A DNA stretch of 63,803 nucleotides, the filler included, from Octopus bimaculoides (Eukaryota), in assembly GCF_001194135.2 (NCBI RefSeq). It is 7 parts of 7 records of this genome, joined end to end, with 100 filler letters (N's around TTAATTAATTAA, not from the genome) between each part and the next. Parts side by side here need not be neighbours in the genome. Positions count along the whole stretch, not along the records: positions 1 to 17,260 come from NC_069000.1; 6 more parts are not named here. One strand, written 5' to 3'. The notes below the pieces were generated by a model. That model was given only the letters and a program-made list of their open reading frames with translations, searched no databases and was not told the origin of the DNA. A program made the position numbers and the translations under genes. Positions 1 through 13,402 of the stretch are shown piece after piece (within the stretch, counting starts at the first letter, position 1; each line of letters begins with the position of its first letter).

Positions 1-628
1 ATATATATTCATTTATATATATATATATATATATATTCATTTATATATATATATATATACTAGTGTATTCATCCATCCGATTCCTATCAGTTCATCATTC
101 GATTTGATGTGTTCTTATATATTGATTTTTGCCAATAAACTATCAATTCATTAGTATTCATTGATTCACTTAATTGATCTATTTAATGAACCAGAATTTT
201 TGCGGGTATCGGGTGGTGCTACGAAGTGGCGGGGGTCAATTAGCTTTTGTTCTTTTTTTTTCATTAGTTTGGGCGGGCTGGCGTAAGTGGTATTTGATTG
301 AGAGGAAAAAATTTATTCTGTACTTCGTAATCTGCATACAAATTTTATACATGCATGTATATATATGCGTATACACACGACAGGAGACAGCTTATTTGCA
401 TACAAATATATATACACACATACGTACAAACATTCATACATACATATATATATATAAATATGTATATAAACACATACATACGTACGCATATATATACATA
501 AATACATACATATATATGTATACATACACATACACATATATATGTATATATATTGCGTGGTGTGTGTGCATGTGTGTGCGTACCTGAGTGTGTGTGTATG
601 TGTGCGTGTGTGTAAGTGTGCGTGTGTG

Positions 629-663
<35 letters not shown>

Positions 664-774
664 GTGTCTGTGTGCTTGTGCAAAATATATAACTCAGCTA
701 CCTTGCATCTCATTAACTTTCGTAATTCTGCTTGTTTTACGCACAATGGCTACTAACACTACATAATTTCATCA

Positions 775-1435
<661 letters not shown>

Positions 1436-1464
1436 TTATTATTATTATTATTATTATTATCATT

Positions 1465-1517
<53 letters not shown>

Positions 1518-2059
1518 GGTGAAAAGCTGGTAGACTGCTTAGCATGCTTAATGGAATGACTTCTTCCGTTTTTACGTCCTGAGTTCAAATTTTGCCGTAG
1601 TTGACTTTTTGTCTTCCATTCCTTCGCTTTCAATAAGAATAAGTACGACTCGACCAGTGTATGTATGTATGTATGTACACACACACATATATATGTGCAT
1701 GCACACATTCGACGGCCTTCCACAGTTTCCGTCTATCAAATTTATTCACAAGGTATTAGTCGGCCCAGGATTATGATACTTGTTCAAGGTGCCACGCAGC
1801 AAAGCCATTTAACAGAAAATATTAGATTCAAGTTGATTAATCTTCACTCGAAAAGAGTGTAATGACTGAGCGTCTCTTTGTTTGTGTTGAGCAGCTTTGT
1901 ACAATTTTGGCTCTAATGATGCTACTACATCATCGGATTTAGTTTATGCTTCGTCTTTCGCTCTTCTACGATCGATAAAAGTGTCCCACTTTAGCATAAG
2001 GATAGATTTAATCAGCTACATTTTTTCTGCCCAAATGAGTTGATGTTGGATTATCTTAG

Positions 2060-2650
2060 AAATCGTTATTAGCTCAATCAACACGTTACGCCATAGGATT
2101 AACTCTAACTCTCAGCTAGTTGTACAACAGGTATGGCTGCTACATTCAACGCGTTATAACACAGGGTTAATTGTTATTCTCAACACGTTATGCAACAGAT
2201 TAACTACTTTACTTAACATATCAAATCACAAAATAAACGATTAATCCTGTCTTATAATCTATATGACAGGATTAATCGTTATACTCAACACATTATCTAA
2301 CGAGATAAACTGCTACATTCAACATGTTAGGCAATAGGACTGATGCAATCATCCCGATATGACAAAAGATTAACTGCTACGTTCTATGCGTTTTAAGGCA
2401 GGATTAACTGGTTCATTCAACACATTTTGCCACTGGATGCTCAACACGTTATAGAAGAGGATTAATTGGTTCATTCAATACGTTATGCCAGAGGATTAAC
2501 TCGAACACTTAACATGTTGTCACAGGATTAACCACCATGCTGTACATATTGCAAGGCAGCATTTACTGCAGTATTCTCAACATTGTACTGATGGATTAAC
2601 TGCTGCACTCAACACAAAGACCGGATTAACTGCCACTGAAGACATTCTGC
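2060..2650. repeat. Degenerate ~33-35-bp minisatellite
   Basis: Recurrent unit like TCAACACGTTATGCCACAGGATTAACTGCTACAT. Confidence 0.85.
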
Positions 2651-2789
2651 ATTTAATACTGCATTGAAAGGTCAGAGAAGAACAGAACGTTAATATAACA
2701 GGTTAAATATTTTACAGTATTTTAGATTCGTTTCTCCAAATTCTCAGAATCTTCATACTTCATACTCTTTTACTTCGTACTTCATACTT

Positions 2790-2985
2790 CATACCCCTTG
2801 ATCTCTGTGTTCCTTGCCCAGTCCAGGAACGTTCTCCTTGGGACCTTTCTCAGGAACCTCACGTCGGTCTTTTGTATTCGTGATCGTTCTCTTTCGGTCA
2901 GTATCCATCGTTCAGGACCTGAGGTAAGGATGGGCACGAAAACCGAACTGAAGATGACAAATTGGGCTTTTTTCCCTTTCACTTA
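2790..2985 (-). mobile_element. RTE-like LINE C-terminal fragment
   Basis: FSSVFVPILTSGPERWILTERERSRIQKTDVRFLRKV resembles the RTE post-RT PxLxYGxExW motif. Confidence 0.7.
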
Positions 2986-4387
2986 ACTTTATTCTTCTGG
3001 GGACCGGATGCCGGAGCTGGTGCATTGCAATGCTAACACCGGCAATTCTCGAAACACTATTTAAATACTTAAAAAAAACAAAAAACCTTTATATAAAAAC
3101 GATGAAACACCTGTACACACCTGTCGAAACACGGTTAACACCTGTTAATGTGACAGAAAATTTAATGTAACAATAAAATATACTTAATGTGAAGAGAAAT
3201 ACTTTTTGCCGCAGGAAATATATTTAATGTGACAGAATACATATTAATCATTTGCAATGATTTTTTTTTTTAACAATTTGATACTTTCACAAAATATTTT
3301 TTTTTTCTTTTCTTCCTATTTTTCAGGTACGTATGCAGCTACTGTTATCATTCATATCACAAAGGGAGGCGTTTTGTTATTGATAATGTTGTTGTTACTA
3401 TCGTCGTTGTAGTCATTGTTGTGATTGCTGTTGTTGCTTAGTCACAATTCAGCCTTGATTAAGCAGACTTATGATCAGGAGCTTTCTAAATGTGACCATC
3501 CCGTCCATATTTCTTTCAGGCAGCGTGCATGCATCCAAAATCTCATTGGTTATGTCGTGTTATTTATTTTACTTGTAAAACGGCAGGACGTGTGAGTTTT
3601 GGGTAATTTAGCTGCTATTTTTAGCATGGAGGGACTGCAAGCAGTTTCTATGCTCGGTTCCTATGACGACATTTGTTGTTGATGTTGTTGATGATGTCGT
3701 TGTTATTGTTGTTATTGTTATTGTTGGTGCTGTTCTTGTTTAACCCCCAGGTCAAACTTGATCAAGCGGGCATGATAAAAGGCATTCCAGCCATGACCAC
3801 CCAGCTTTTTCGCCAGACATATTCTAACCTGGACTTCATTAACATTCAATAATAACCTACACTGTGAGGTTGACTTGGCTGCCCTTTTTAGCAAATATTG
3901 CCACAACTTATTGCCCCACCCACGCTGGCTCTGTACTCGTTGTTGCTAATGTTTAGCCACAGGTCAGCTCTAAATGACCAAAACCTCTTGATAAGAGGTT
4001 CAGCAGTATATCTACCCCACCCAGTACCTTGTGTGGTGGCTTCAGCGGATGCGCTTCGTTGAGAGCATTCGCACAATGTCTACAATTTCAGGTTACCGTC
4101 TTCGCTCCCACAGCTCTCATGAAGAAAGGGACGGTGCAAGGGGCCGACGCATTCACCTGATTGAAAAATGCATTCTGCTTTAGGCACAAGGCCTGTACAT
4201 CGACCCCGGGTACCTTACTGGTACTTATTCCATTGATTCTAAAATGATAAAAGGCAAAGTCGACCTTGACGAAATTTGAACAAAGAGCGTAAAGACAAGC
4301 TAAGTGCTGCTTAGCATTTTTTCCGTCATGCTTACGACCCAGCCAGCTCGTCGCTTTCACCATAATAATAATAATGAAACAAATCAT

Positions 4388-4752
4388 TAACAAGAGCACT
4401 CAGAGAGGGCAAACCTCCGCCAAGGCAACACCAACGTCCTCTCAACGATTAGCCGGAGAGGAATTTTAAAATGAGAATATCTGAAATAAACTTGACTGCT
4501 CTCACAAGCAAGAATACTAAAAATGAACCCGACCGCTATCAAAAATTTAGTTAAAAAACAGAAAAAGTCAACTAGAATTCTCGTCCGGGATCGGATCGAT
4601 TCCAACACCTAATCAGTTTGTGCCAGGCACAAGGCCGATCATCCCTGAAATTTTATTCGGATCCATCCAGCCGTTCTTGAGATATCTTGTCCATGGACAA
4701 ACAAACACTTCTGAAAACAATGCCTCCGCCTTCGCTAAGATGGAGGTAATAA
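4388..4752 (-). mobile_element. Non-autonomous DNA element with subterminal inverted repeat and hairpin (Helentron/HINE- or Crypton-like; class uncertain)
   Basis: CCTCCGCC near both ends, hairpin CCTCCGCC-TTCGCTAA-GATGGAGG, inserted in TAA-rich sequence. Confidence 0.45.
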
Positions 4753-4887
4753 TCCTTTCTACTAAAGGCACAAGGCCTGTAATTTTGCTGGGAGAGGACT
4801 GGCCGATTACATCGACCCCAGTGTTTCACTGGTACTTAATTTATCGACCCTAAAAGGATGAAAGGCACAGTCGACCTCGGTGGAATC

Positions 4888-4919
<32 letters not shown>

Positions 4920-5003
4920 TAGTCCTTTGAGGACTTGAAATTTTGAGAGAAGGATTAAGTCGGTTATCAGCAAGTGCACTAAACAACACCAACACCACCA
5001 CCG

Positions 5004-5040
<37 letters not shown>

Positions 5041-5464
5041 TATCCTCCTCCTAATCATTATCCTCCTCCTAATCATTATCATCATCATCATCATCATCAT
5101 CATCAACGTCATCACCATCATCATCATCATCATCATCATCAACGTCATCACCATCGCCGCCACCACGACAAGCAGGTTCGCGACCAGTATCACTTTCCCC
5201 CGCACCATCACCTCCATCATCTCCACCACCACCACCACCACCACCACCACCACCACCATCAAGAGCAACAACAACAACAACAACAAACACAACCCCCTCA
5301 ACAGAACTCTGTCTACCAGACTTTCTCTCCTACTGACCTTATTATAGTCTAGATGTTGTTGTTGTTGCTGCCATCCTTGTTGGTCTTGTTTTTTTCTTTG
5401 TCCATAACCTCTCTCTCTATACATAACATATGACTTGATATTCATTCTATTCCGCCGCCGCCGC

Positions 5465-5502
<38 letters not shown>

Positions 5503-6407
5503 TTATTATTATTATTGTTCTTCTTCACGTTATTTGTTTCGCCCCTCATTCGTTATTTTTATGGGGGGGGGGGGGTACAATGTTTTCTTCTTCTTTTTCT
5601 TCTTCTTCTTCTTCCTCTTCTTCTGCTCGTTGTTTCGTNNNNNNNNNNTTTTCTTCTTTTTCTAATTATCCTTTACATCTGCTGTTGCTTCTTCCACCTC
5701 CTCCTCCTCCTCCTCCTCCTCATCATCATCATCATCCCTCTCCTCCTCCTCATCATCATCATCATCATCATTCTCATTTTTATCAGCGTTACCTTTATTC
5801 TCATGCTGACCATCAGTATCGTCATCATCGGCTATCTTCCCTTCCCCCTCCATCATCATCAGCATCAACCTCTTCTTCTCTTTCTTCCTCATCTTCTCGT
5901 TTGTCTTTTCTCTTCTTCTTCTTTTTCTTCTTCTTCTTCTTCCTCTTCTTCTGCTCGTTGTTTCGTCTGCCGTTATTACCTCTATCAACCCTCCCACCCA
6001 TCATCGTAATCGTTGCAATACTCCCACAACCACCCCCACCACCAACACCACCATCGTCCTCACCACCACCATCACCAACAGTAGCAGCAACAACATCCAC
6101 CACCTCCTCCTCTTTTTCATCATCATCATCATCATCATCTGTATCACTGATATTATTTCCATTAACATTATTTGTTATTCTTTTATTGCTTCGTCTTTCC
6201 CATATTATCCATATTATTGTTATATTGTTGTTGTTGTTGTTGTTCCAGCCATTGTTATTCCAGTGGCCTATATACTGTACACCAATGTAACTCGTGGCCT
6301 TTTATTTTGGTTTCGTCTGTTTCTTTAAATTATTATTATTATTTATGGAAGTATTCTTATCATCATCATCATCATCATCACCATAGCCTTCCTCCTCAAA
6401 ATCATCA

Positions 6408-6461
<54 letters not shown>
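4888..6461. repeat. Mosaic of trinucleotide microsatellites (AAT, CAT, CAC, CAA, GCC, GCT, TCT, CCT, TAT)
   Basis: Directly visible; it produces the spurious homopolymer ORFs in the track. Confidence 0.95.
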
Positions 6462-6462
<1 letters not shown>

Positions 6463-7282
6463 GGTGGCGAGCTGTCAAAATCGTTAGCACGCTAGACGAT
6501 ATGCTTATCGGTTATTTCCGCTGCTGCTACGTTCTGAGTTCAAATTCTGCCGAGGTCAACCTTTCATTTTCACCCTTCGGGATCGATAAACTAAGTACCA
6601 GTAAAACACTGGAGTTGACTAAATCAACTAGTCCCCTACCCCAACTCTTAGGCCTTGTGCCTTCAGTAGAAAGGATTATTATTATTAGTAGTAGTAGTAG
6701 TATATGATAAAGCAAAAGGCGCTAAAAAGAGGATCCGAGAGACTGTCCATGTATCGTTATCATAATAAACTTTATATATATAAGTGAAATGTTATATTTT
6801 AGATGCATGCGTGTGTGCATATGCATGTGTGTATGTAATCGATATTTTATTATTATTTATATTTTCTAATTATTATTTTACTATTATCATTATCATTATT
6901 ATGAGCTTGCAAATTGTTAGCAACAATGGTTGGTGGTTTCCAGTGTGACAATCATTGGATAACTGGAATTGCCACGGTGAGAACGACAGAAGCAGCAGTC
7001 TTTACCGTTCTTTACTTCCTTGGCACTTCACAGGGGCGTTAGAGGTCGGTAATCGAATAAACACACAGACATTGTCACACGCATACACACATATGCACAT
7101 GCATTACACACACGTGTACGCACAACACGTGGAGCTTCCGCGTAGTTTCTGCCTAGCAAATTCCATTCATACCATATTGATCAACGTTCCAGATCAATAA
7201 ATAGATAAATCGATGGAAATAATAAGCAACAACAAATATAAGAGGTTGTAATTGATCTAAAAATTACTTGATAGGTAAAAGA

Positions 7283-7337
<55 letters not shown>

Positions 7338-7349
7338 TAGATAGAAAAA

Positions 7350-7585
7350 AGGCGGCGAGCTGGCAGAGTGGTTAGCACGCCGGGCGAAATGCTTAGCGGT
7401 ATTTCGTGTGCCGTTACGTTCTGAGTTCAAATTCCGCTGAGGTCGACTTTGCCGTTCATCCTTTCGAGGTCGATAAATTAAGTACCAGTTACGCACTGGG
7501 TTCGATGTATTTGACTTAATCCCTTTGTCTCTCCTTGTTTGTCCTCTCTATGTTTAGCCCCTTGTGGGCAATACATAAATAAGAA
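7350..7585 (+). mobile_element. tRNA-derived SINE, family A (representative copy)
   Basis: Head GGCGGCGAGCTGGCAGA with a B-box-like GAGTTCAAATTCC. Other copies: + at 1517, 6462, 8260, 21595, 21763, 32925, 39380; - at 4180-4355, 16035, 26755, 35700-36118 (two), 42130-42362. Confidence 0.88.
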
Positions 7586-7654
<69 letters not shown>

Positions 7655-7815
7655 ATAAAACTGCGACCAGGTATAATACAAAAATCAGTGAATATCTATT
7701 TCCGTACAGTAGATATGCACATATAGGTATATACACACATACACAATCACAAACAAACACACACCTGCATGTATATATATTGCAAAACAAATATATATAT
7801 ATATANNNNNNNNNN

Positions 7816-7853
<38 letters not shown>

Positions 7854-8489
7854 GTGTATGTATGCGTATATATTGTTTGTGTTGTGATTGGAACGTATGT
7901 ACGTCACAAAGAATGCGTATGAATGATATGAATATGTATTTGTGTGCTTATCGTTCTATGTTCACGTGTACGTGCGCATGCGCGTGTGTGTGTATGTGTG
8001 GGCATGTGTGCGTATGTGCGCATGTGTTACAGAAAACTCATCAAACAATCGTAAACCCGGGGGATTTGAGATGCCTTAATCGTAAAATTCCCGTCGGGAG
8101 TTAGTGTTATTTTTCCAAAAGACCTTTCGTACCTATGCTAGCCATAAATAGAGAATGTCTATTTAATAATGGACGATATAAATGTCGGTCGGTCTGTTGT
8201 TTGATTGATAAATTTCTCCAGTCGCGAACTGTGTCGTATAAACCGATTATTATTCTTAAGGCGGCTAGTTGGCAGAATCGTTAGCACACCGGGCAAAGTG
8301 TTTAGCAGCATTTCTCCCGTAATTTTGTTCTGAGTTCAAATTCCATCGAGGTCGATTTTGCCTTTCATCTTTCTAGGGGTCGATAAATAAACAAGGAAAC
8401 ACTGGGTTCAACGTAATCGACTAGTCCCTTCCTGCCAAATTTCAGGCCTTGTACTTTTAGTAGAAAGGATAATTATTATTATTATCATT

Positions 8490-9140
8490 ATTAGCTGCCC
8501 ACAGACAGCAGACTAAGGTGACACTTGTTTACTAGTTATGCTTCAAGAACTCTGCCAAGAATTCTTTCAGTTCCAAGCAATGCTGACTTTTGTAGGTGTT
8601 CTACCTTCACACTTGCACCAATCTTTTTCAGCCATGTTGCTAGTTGAGTGCTGATACTTCCAAGTGCACCAATTACTATTGGCATCACGTCTACTCTCTT
8701 CATTGACCACAACCTTCGTATTTCCCACTTCAAATCATCATAGGTGTTTATTTTGTCTTCTTCTTTCACATTGATCCTGTTGTCACCGGAATATGCTATG
8801 TCGATTATCATACATGTTCTTTTTTTTTTATTCACCACAACAATGTCCGGTTTCCGAAGTTAGATCAGGTGATCACACTGGATCATCGCATCCAACAGGA
8901 CTTTGCAATTATCTTTCTCGGTGACTTCTTCTGGAGTTTGCACATACCATGTCTTTGCTCTTTGTAGGCCGTGATTTCCACAGAGCTCTCAATGGATCAT
9001 TCTAGCCACATTGTCATGGCGTCTTTTGTATTCGTCTTGTGCCAATTTCTGGCATTCGCTAACGATGTGCCACACCGTTTCACCCTTCTCACATTCTACA
9101 TTTGTCGCCATCCTTAGAGTTGTCTATTCTGCATTTGTGA
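8490..9140 (-). mobile_element. R4/Dong-like LINE 3' end (CCHC finger plus restriction-like endonuclease)
   Basis: CRMCEKGETVWHIVSECQKLAQDEYKRRHD...RKPDIVVV...IIDIA...PIVIGALG...LQKSALLGT, flanked by (TAA)n at both ends. Confidence 0.9.
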
Positions 9141-9178
9141 CTATTATTATTATTATTATTATTATTGTTATTATTATT

Positions 9179-9216
<38 letters not shown>

Positions 9217-10851
9217 TATTATTATTTGCATTTTTGAACTAAGAGTTTCAGAGCATATCGCCTTTTCACATTTTCGCTTCGTTCACCACCACCATCATCA
9301 TCATCATCAGCATCATCATCCTCTTCGTCGTCCTCGTTGCTGTCATCATCCCGGTTGTTATCATCGTCGTCCGCATCGTCAGCAGCATCATCATACTAGC
9401 ATTTTCGTCCGGATTAACACTCTCGTCTCCAATTCCCCACTCTGTCGATAATCTTCAGATTCAAAAAAAAAAAATAGATAAAAAAGCGTCGAGTTAATCC
9501 AATATCGTTGTCAACTGGAATCCGTACACCAATAGCTTTATCATGGAGGCTATAAAATCGATATTCAATCAATCGATGTTTTGTCAATGTTGTTCCTACC
9601 GTCTGCTGTTATTTCTTTTCTACTCTGCCTGACATTAAAGCCAACAACGCCGCCCCTCCCCCCTCTGCCACAATTTCCTTCTTCAGAATTTTAATCGGCA
9701 AACATGGAAATAGGTCAAAACTTTTGCCCAAATCTCAAAAGAATAAAGGTTTTAACGAAAGCTCTTGCGATATTAAATGCAAAAAGTGCATTCTTTCAAC
9801 TNNNNNNNNNNNNNNNNNNNNNNNNNNNNNNNNNNNNNNNNNNNNNNNNNNNNNNNNNNNNNNNNNNNNNNNNNNNNNNNNNNNNNNNNNNNNNNNNNNN
9901 NNNNNNNNNNNNNNNNNNNNNNNNNNNNNNNNNNNNNNNNNNNNNNNNNNNNNNNNNNNNNNNNNNNNNNNNNNNNNNNNNNNNNNNNNNNNNNNNNNNN
10001 NNNNNNNNNNNNNNNNNNNNNNNNNNNNNNNNNNNNNNNNNNNNNNNNNNNNNNNNNNNNNNNNNNNNNNNNNNNNNNNNNNNNNNNNNNNNNNNNNNNN
10101 NNNNNNNNNNNNNNNNNNNNNNNNNNNNNNNNNNNNNNNNNNNNNNNNNNNNNNNNNNNNNNNNNNNNNNNNNNNNNNNNNNNNNNNNNNNNNNNNNNNN
10201 NNNNNNNNNNNNNNNNNNNNNNNNNNNNNNNNNNNNNNNNNNNNNNNNNNNNNNNNNNNNNNNNNNNNNNNNNNNNNNNNNNNNNNNNNNNNNNNNNNNN
10301 NNNNNNNNNNNNNNNNNNNNNNNNNNNNNNNNNNNNNNNNNNNNNNNNNNNNNNNNNNNNNNNNNNNNNNNNNNNNNNNNNNNNNNNNNNNNNNNNNNNN
10401 NNNNNNNNNNNNNNNNNNNNNNNNNNNNNNNNNNNNNNNNNNNNNNNNNNNNNNNNNNNNNNNNNNNNNNNNNNNNNNNNNNNNNNNNNNNNNNNNNNNN
10501 NNNNNNNNNNNNNNNNNNNNNNNNNNNNNNNNNNNNNNNNNNNNNNNNNNNNNNNNNNNNNNNNNNNNNNNNNNNNNNNNNNNNNNNNNNNNNNNNNNNN
10601 NNNNNNNNNNNNNNNNNNNNNNNNNNNNNNNNNNNNNNNNNNNNNNNNNNNNNNNNNNNNNNNNNNNNNNNNNNNNNNNNNNNNNNNNNNNNNNNNNNNN
10701 NNNNNNNNNNNNNNNNNNNNNNNNNNNNNNNNNNNNNNNNNNNNNNNNNNNNNNNNNNNTATATATATCATGATCGGCCATTATTATGATTGACCGTTGA
10801 CTGGACACTATTCAATTTTTTTTCTCCGTGTTTTTCTCCTTGTCTCCGTAT

Positions 10852-10888
10852 TCTTTCTGTTGAAGAGCGTAGCTCGAAACGTCAAAGA
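10852..10888 (+). ncRNA. Minimal hammerhead motif with a core mutation
   Basis: TCTTT-CTGTTGA-A-GAGC(GTA)GCTC-GAAAC-GTC-AAAGA: stems I, II and III are perfect, but core A6 is changed to T. Confidence 0.7.
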
Positions 10889-11796
10889 CTTTCCGTATTC
10901 CCGAGCGTCATACTAATATATCCTTTTGTTATTTACACCACCTGTCCTCGTCTGTTGTTATTATTTGTATATTCTCCCATATATATATATATATATGGGC
11001 TTCTTTCAGTTTCCGTCTACCAAATCCACTCAGAAGGCTTTGGTCGGCCCGAGGCTATAGTAGAAGACACTTCTCCAAGGTTCCACGCAGTGATACTGAA
11101 CCCAGAACATGTTGTCGGTACTTACCACGCAGCCACTCCTGTAGATATATAGACAGATATGTATACATATAGATATATATATACGTATGCATATACGTAT
11201 ACATATGCATATATACATAGATGTAGATGTATATATGTATATATGTATACATATATACATCTACATCTATGTATAAATGTATATGTCTACGTATTTGCAT
11301 ACATACATATCTATATGTATACATATATATATATATATATATATATANNNNNNNNNNNNNNNNNNNNNNNNNNNNNNNNNNNNNNNNNNNNNNNNNNNNN
11401 NNNNNNNNNNNNNNNNNNNNNNNNNNNNNNNNNNNNNNNNNNNNNNNNNNNNNNNNNNNNNNNNNNNNNNNNNNNNNNNNNNNNNNNNNNNNNNNNNNNN
11501 NNNNNNNNNNNNNNNNNNNNNNNNNNNNNNNNNNNNNNNNNNNNNNNNNNNNNNNNNNNNNNNNNNNNNNNNNNNNNNNNNNNNNNNNNNNNNNNNNNNN
11601 NNNNNNNNNNNNNNNNNNNNNNNNNNNNNNNNNNNNNNNNNNNNNNNNNNNNNNNNNNNNNNNNNNNNNNNNNNNNNNNNNNNNNNNNNNNNNNNNNNNN
11701 NNNNNNNNNNNNNNNNNNNNNNNNNNNNNNNNNNNNNNNNNNNNNNNNNNNNNNNNNNNNNNNNNNNNNNNNNNNNNNNNNNNNNNNNNNNNNNNN

Positions 11797-11851
<55 letters not shown>

Positions 11852-13360
11852 ACAAAGGTAAGATCGAAGTGTCGGAAGGTAGGAAGCTTTCAGGACTCCG
11901 TAGAAAATATAAAAGTAATAACATTGAGGAAGAGCAGTCGTTTATTGGCGCAGATAGTTTTGAGTTTTTCCCGTATCGATGTACGAGAAGCTGAAATAAA
12001 GTCGATTTTTGCTGATCATGATTAGCAACAGAGGTTGATGTATATGCGAATAAACATCGAAAAATTATGGAATGGGTCAGATAATATCCAGGCTGCAAAT
12101 GTTTTATAGCCAGCGGGACCTCGGGAGTAATAAATTTTACAAGCGAGGATTGGGCCGCAAGGTACTCCTTAGGCCAATGACACCTTGATTATATGAAGTT
12201 TATATCGTCGTTAGATGCTAGTGTGTTTACGTCCCCGTAACTTAGCAGTTCTGCAAAAGAAACCGATAGAATAAGTACCAGGCTTTTAAAAAATAATGTC
12301 AAGTGCTAGAGTCGATACATTGGACTAAAAATTTTTCAACGCGCTGCTCCAGCATCGCCGGAGTGTAATGACTGCAATAAGCCAGAGGGGAAAAATATAG
12401 TGAGTGTGAAAGTAAGCATTAACATGGCAAGCATTTGAATGTAAACGTGAGTTGTAGGTCGGGAAACGGCCTACAATGAGCTAATGAAAACATCAAATAT
12501 TGTAGAATTTTAATTGGTTAAAATAGTAAAATAAAATATACAGTATTTAATGTAATAGAGGTGTGGTTTTGCGGTTAATGTCGGCTGAGTTTGAAGTTAT
12601 TATTGAAAGCTGTGAGGTAATTTGTTAAGAGGCAAAATGTCATGATGACAATGTTGAATGTATAATGTATAACGTATATTGTGAAAGCCAAGGGTGGTGG
12701 ATAGAACGCTGAAACGGAAATGCTCCATTAAAGACGGGCGGATCTAAAACGGTAAGAAATATGCGTTGGCAGAAGTAGTTGGAAAATATTCAGAATGAAT
12801 TGAATTAAATGATAAAGGTGGAATTATTTATACGAATAAAATATCAAGAATAATTAATTGAAATACAAAAAACGTCTTATCGTTGCTTTGCAATTTTCCC
12901 GAGGAAATTGAAATATAAAGGGAGGTAATTCTGTTAGACAAATTATTAAAAAGAAAAGAGTGGTTTAAATACTTGAGTGCTACAAATAATGTAGAGGGAA
13001 AGAATTCGTGTAAATATCAAACGGAAATGAGATAAAATATTTAGTTTGAATAGGTGTGGTTAAGAGTAAGGAAATATTTAACGAAGTTACAAGTTATTGT
13101 TGAAATCTTAGTAAACTGTAACGGAAAGCAAATGTAGATAGAAAAAGACGGATAAAGATATGTTGAGCAGTAGCAGGAATTACGGTGGAACGTATAAGGC
13201 CTTCAAGGAGTAGGTGTGCGCGTGTGTCTGTGTGTGTGTATGCGTGTGGAGAGAGACAATGGGAGAGAGAAAGAGAGGGAAGATAGATATATGGATAGAT
13301 AGATTGATAGATAGATAGATTGAGAGATATAGACACAGTAACACACATGTGCACACGCAC

Positions 13361-13402
<42 letters not shown>

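Noticed and set aside
5583-5965. ~55-bp direct repeat either side of a 10-N gap
   Set aside because: Most likely a contig-overlap duplication.
4807-6490. Poly-His/Gln/Asp/Ile ORFs
   Set aside because: Translations of trinucleotide microsatellites, open on both strands, with no splice or domain support.
9704-10808. Long ORFs spanning N gaps (also at 11, 14, 15, 23, 24, 43 and 49 kb)
   Set aside because: They are open only because N codons are not stops.
11860-13120. Possible CR1/L2 LINE remnant on the - strand
   Set aside because: Only faint motif echoes; too degenerate to support.
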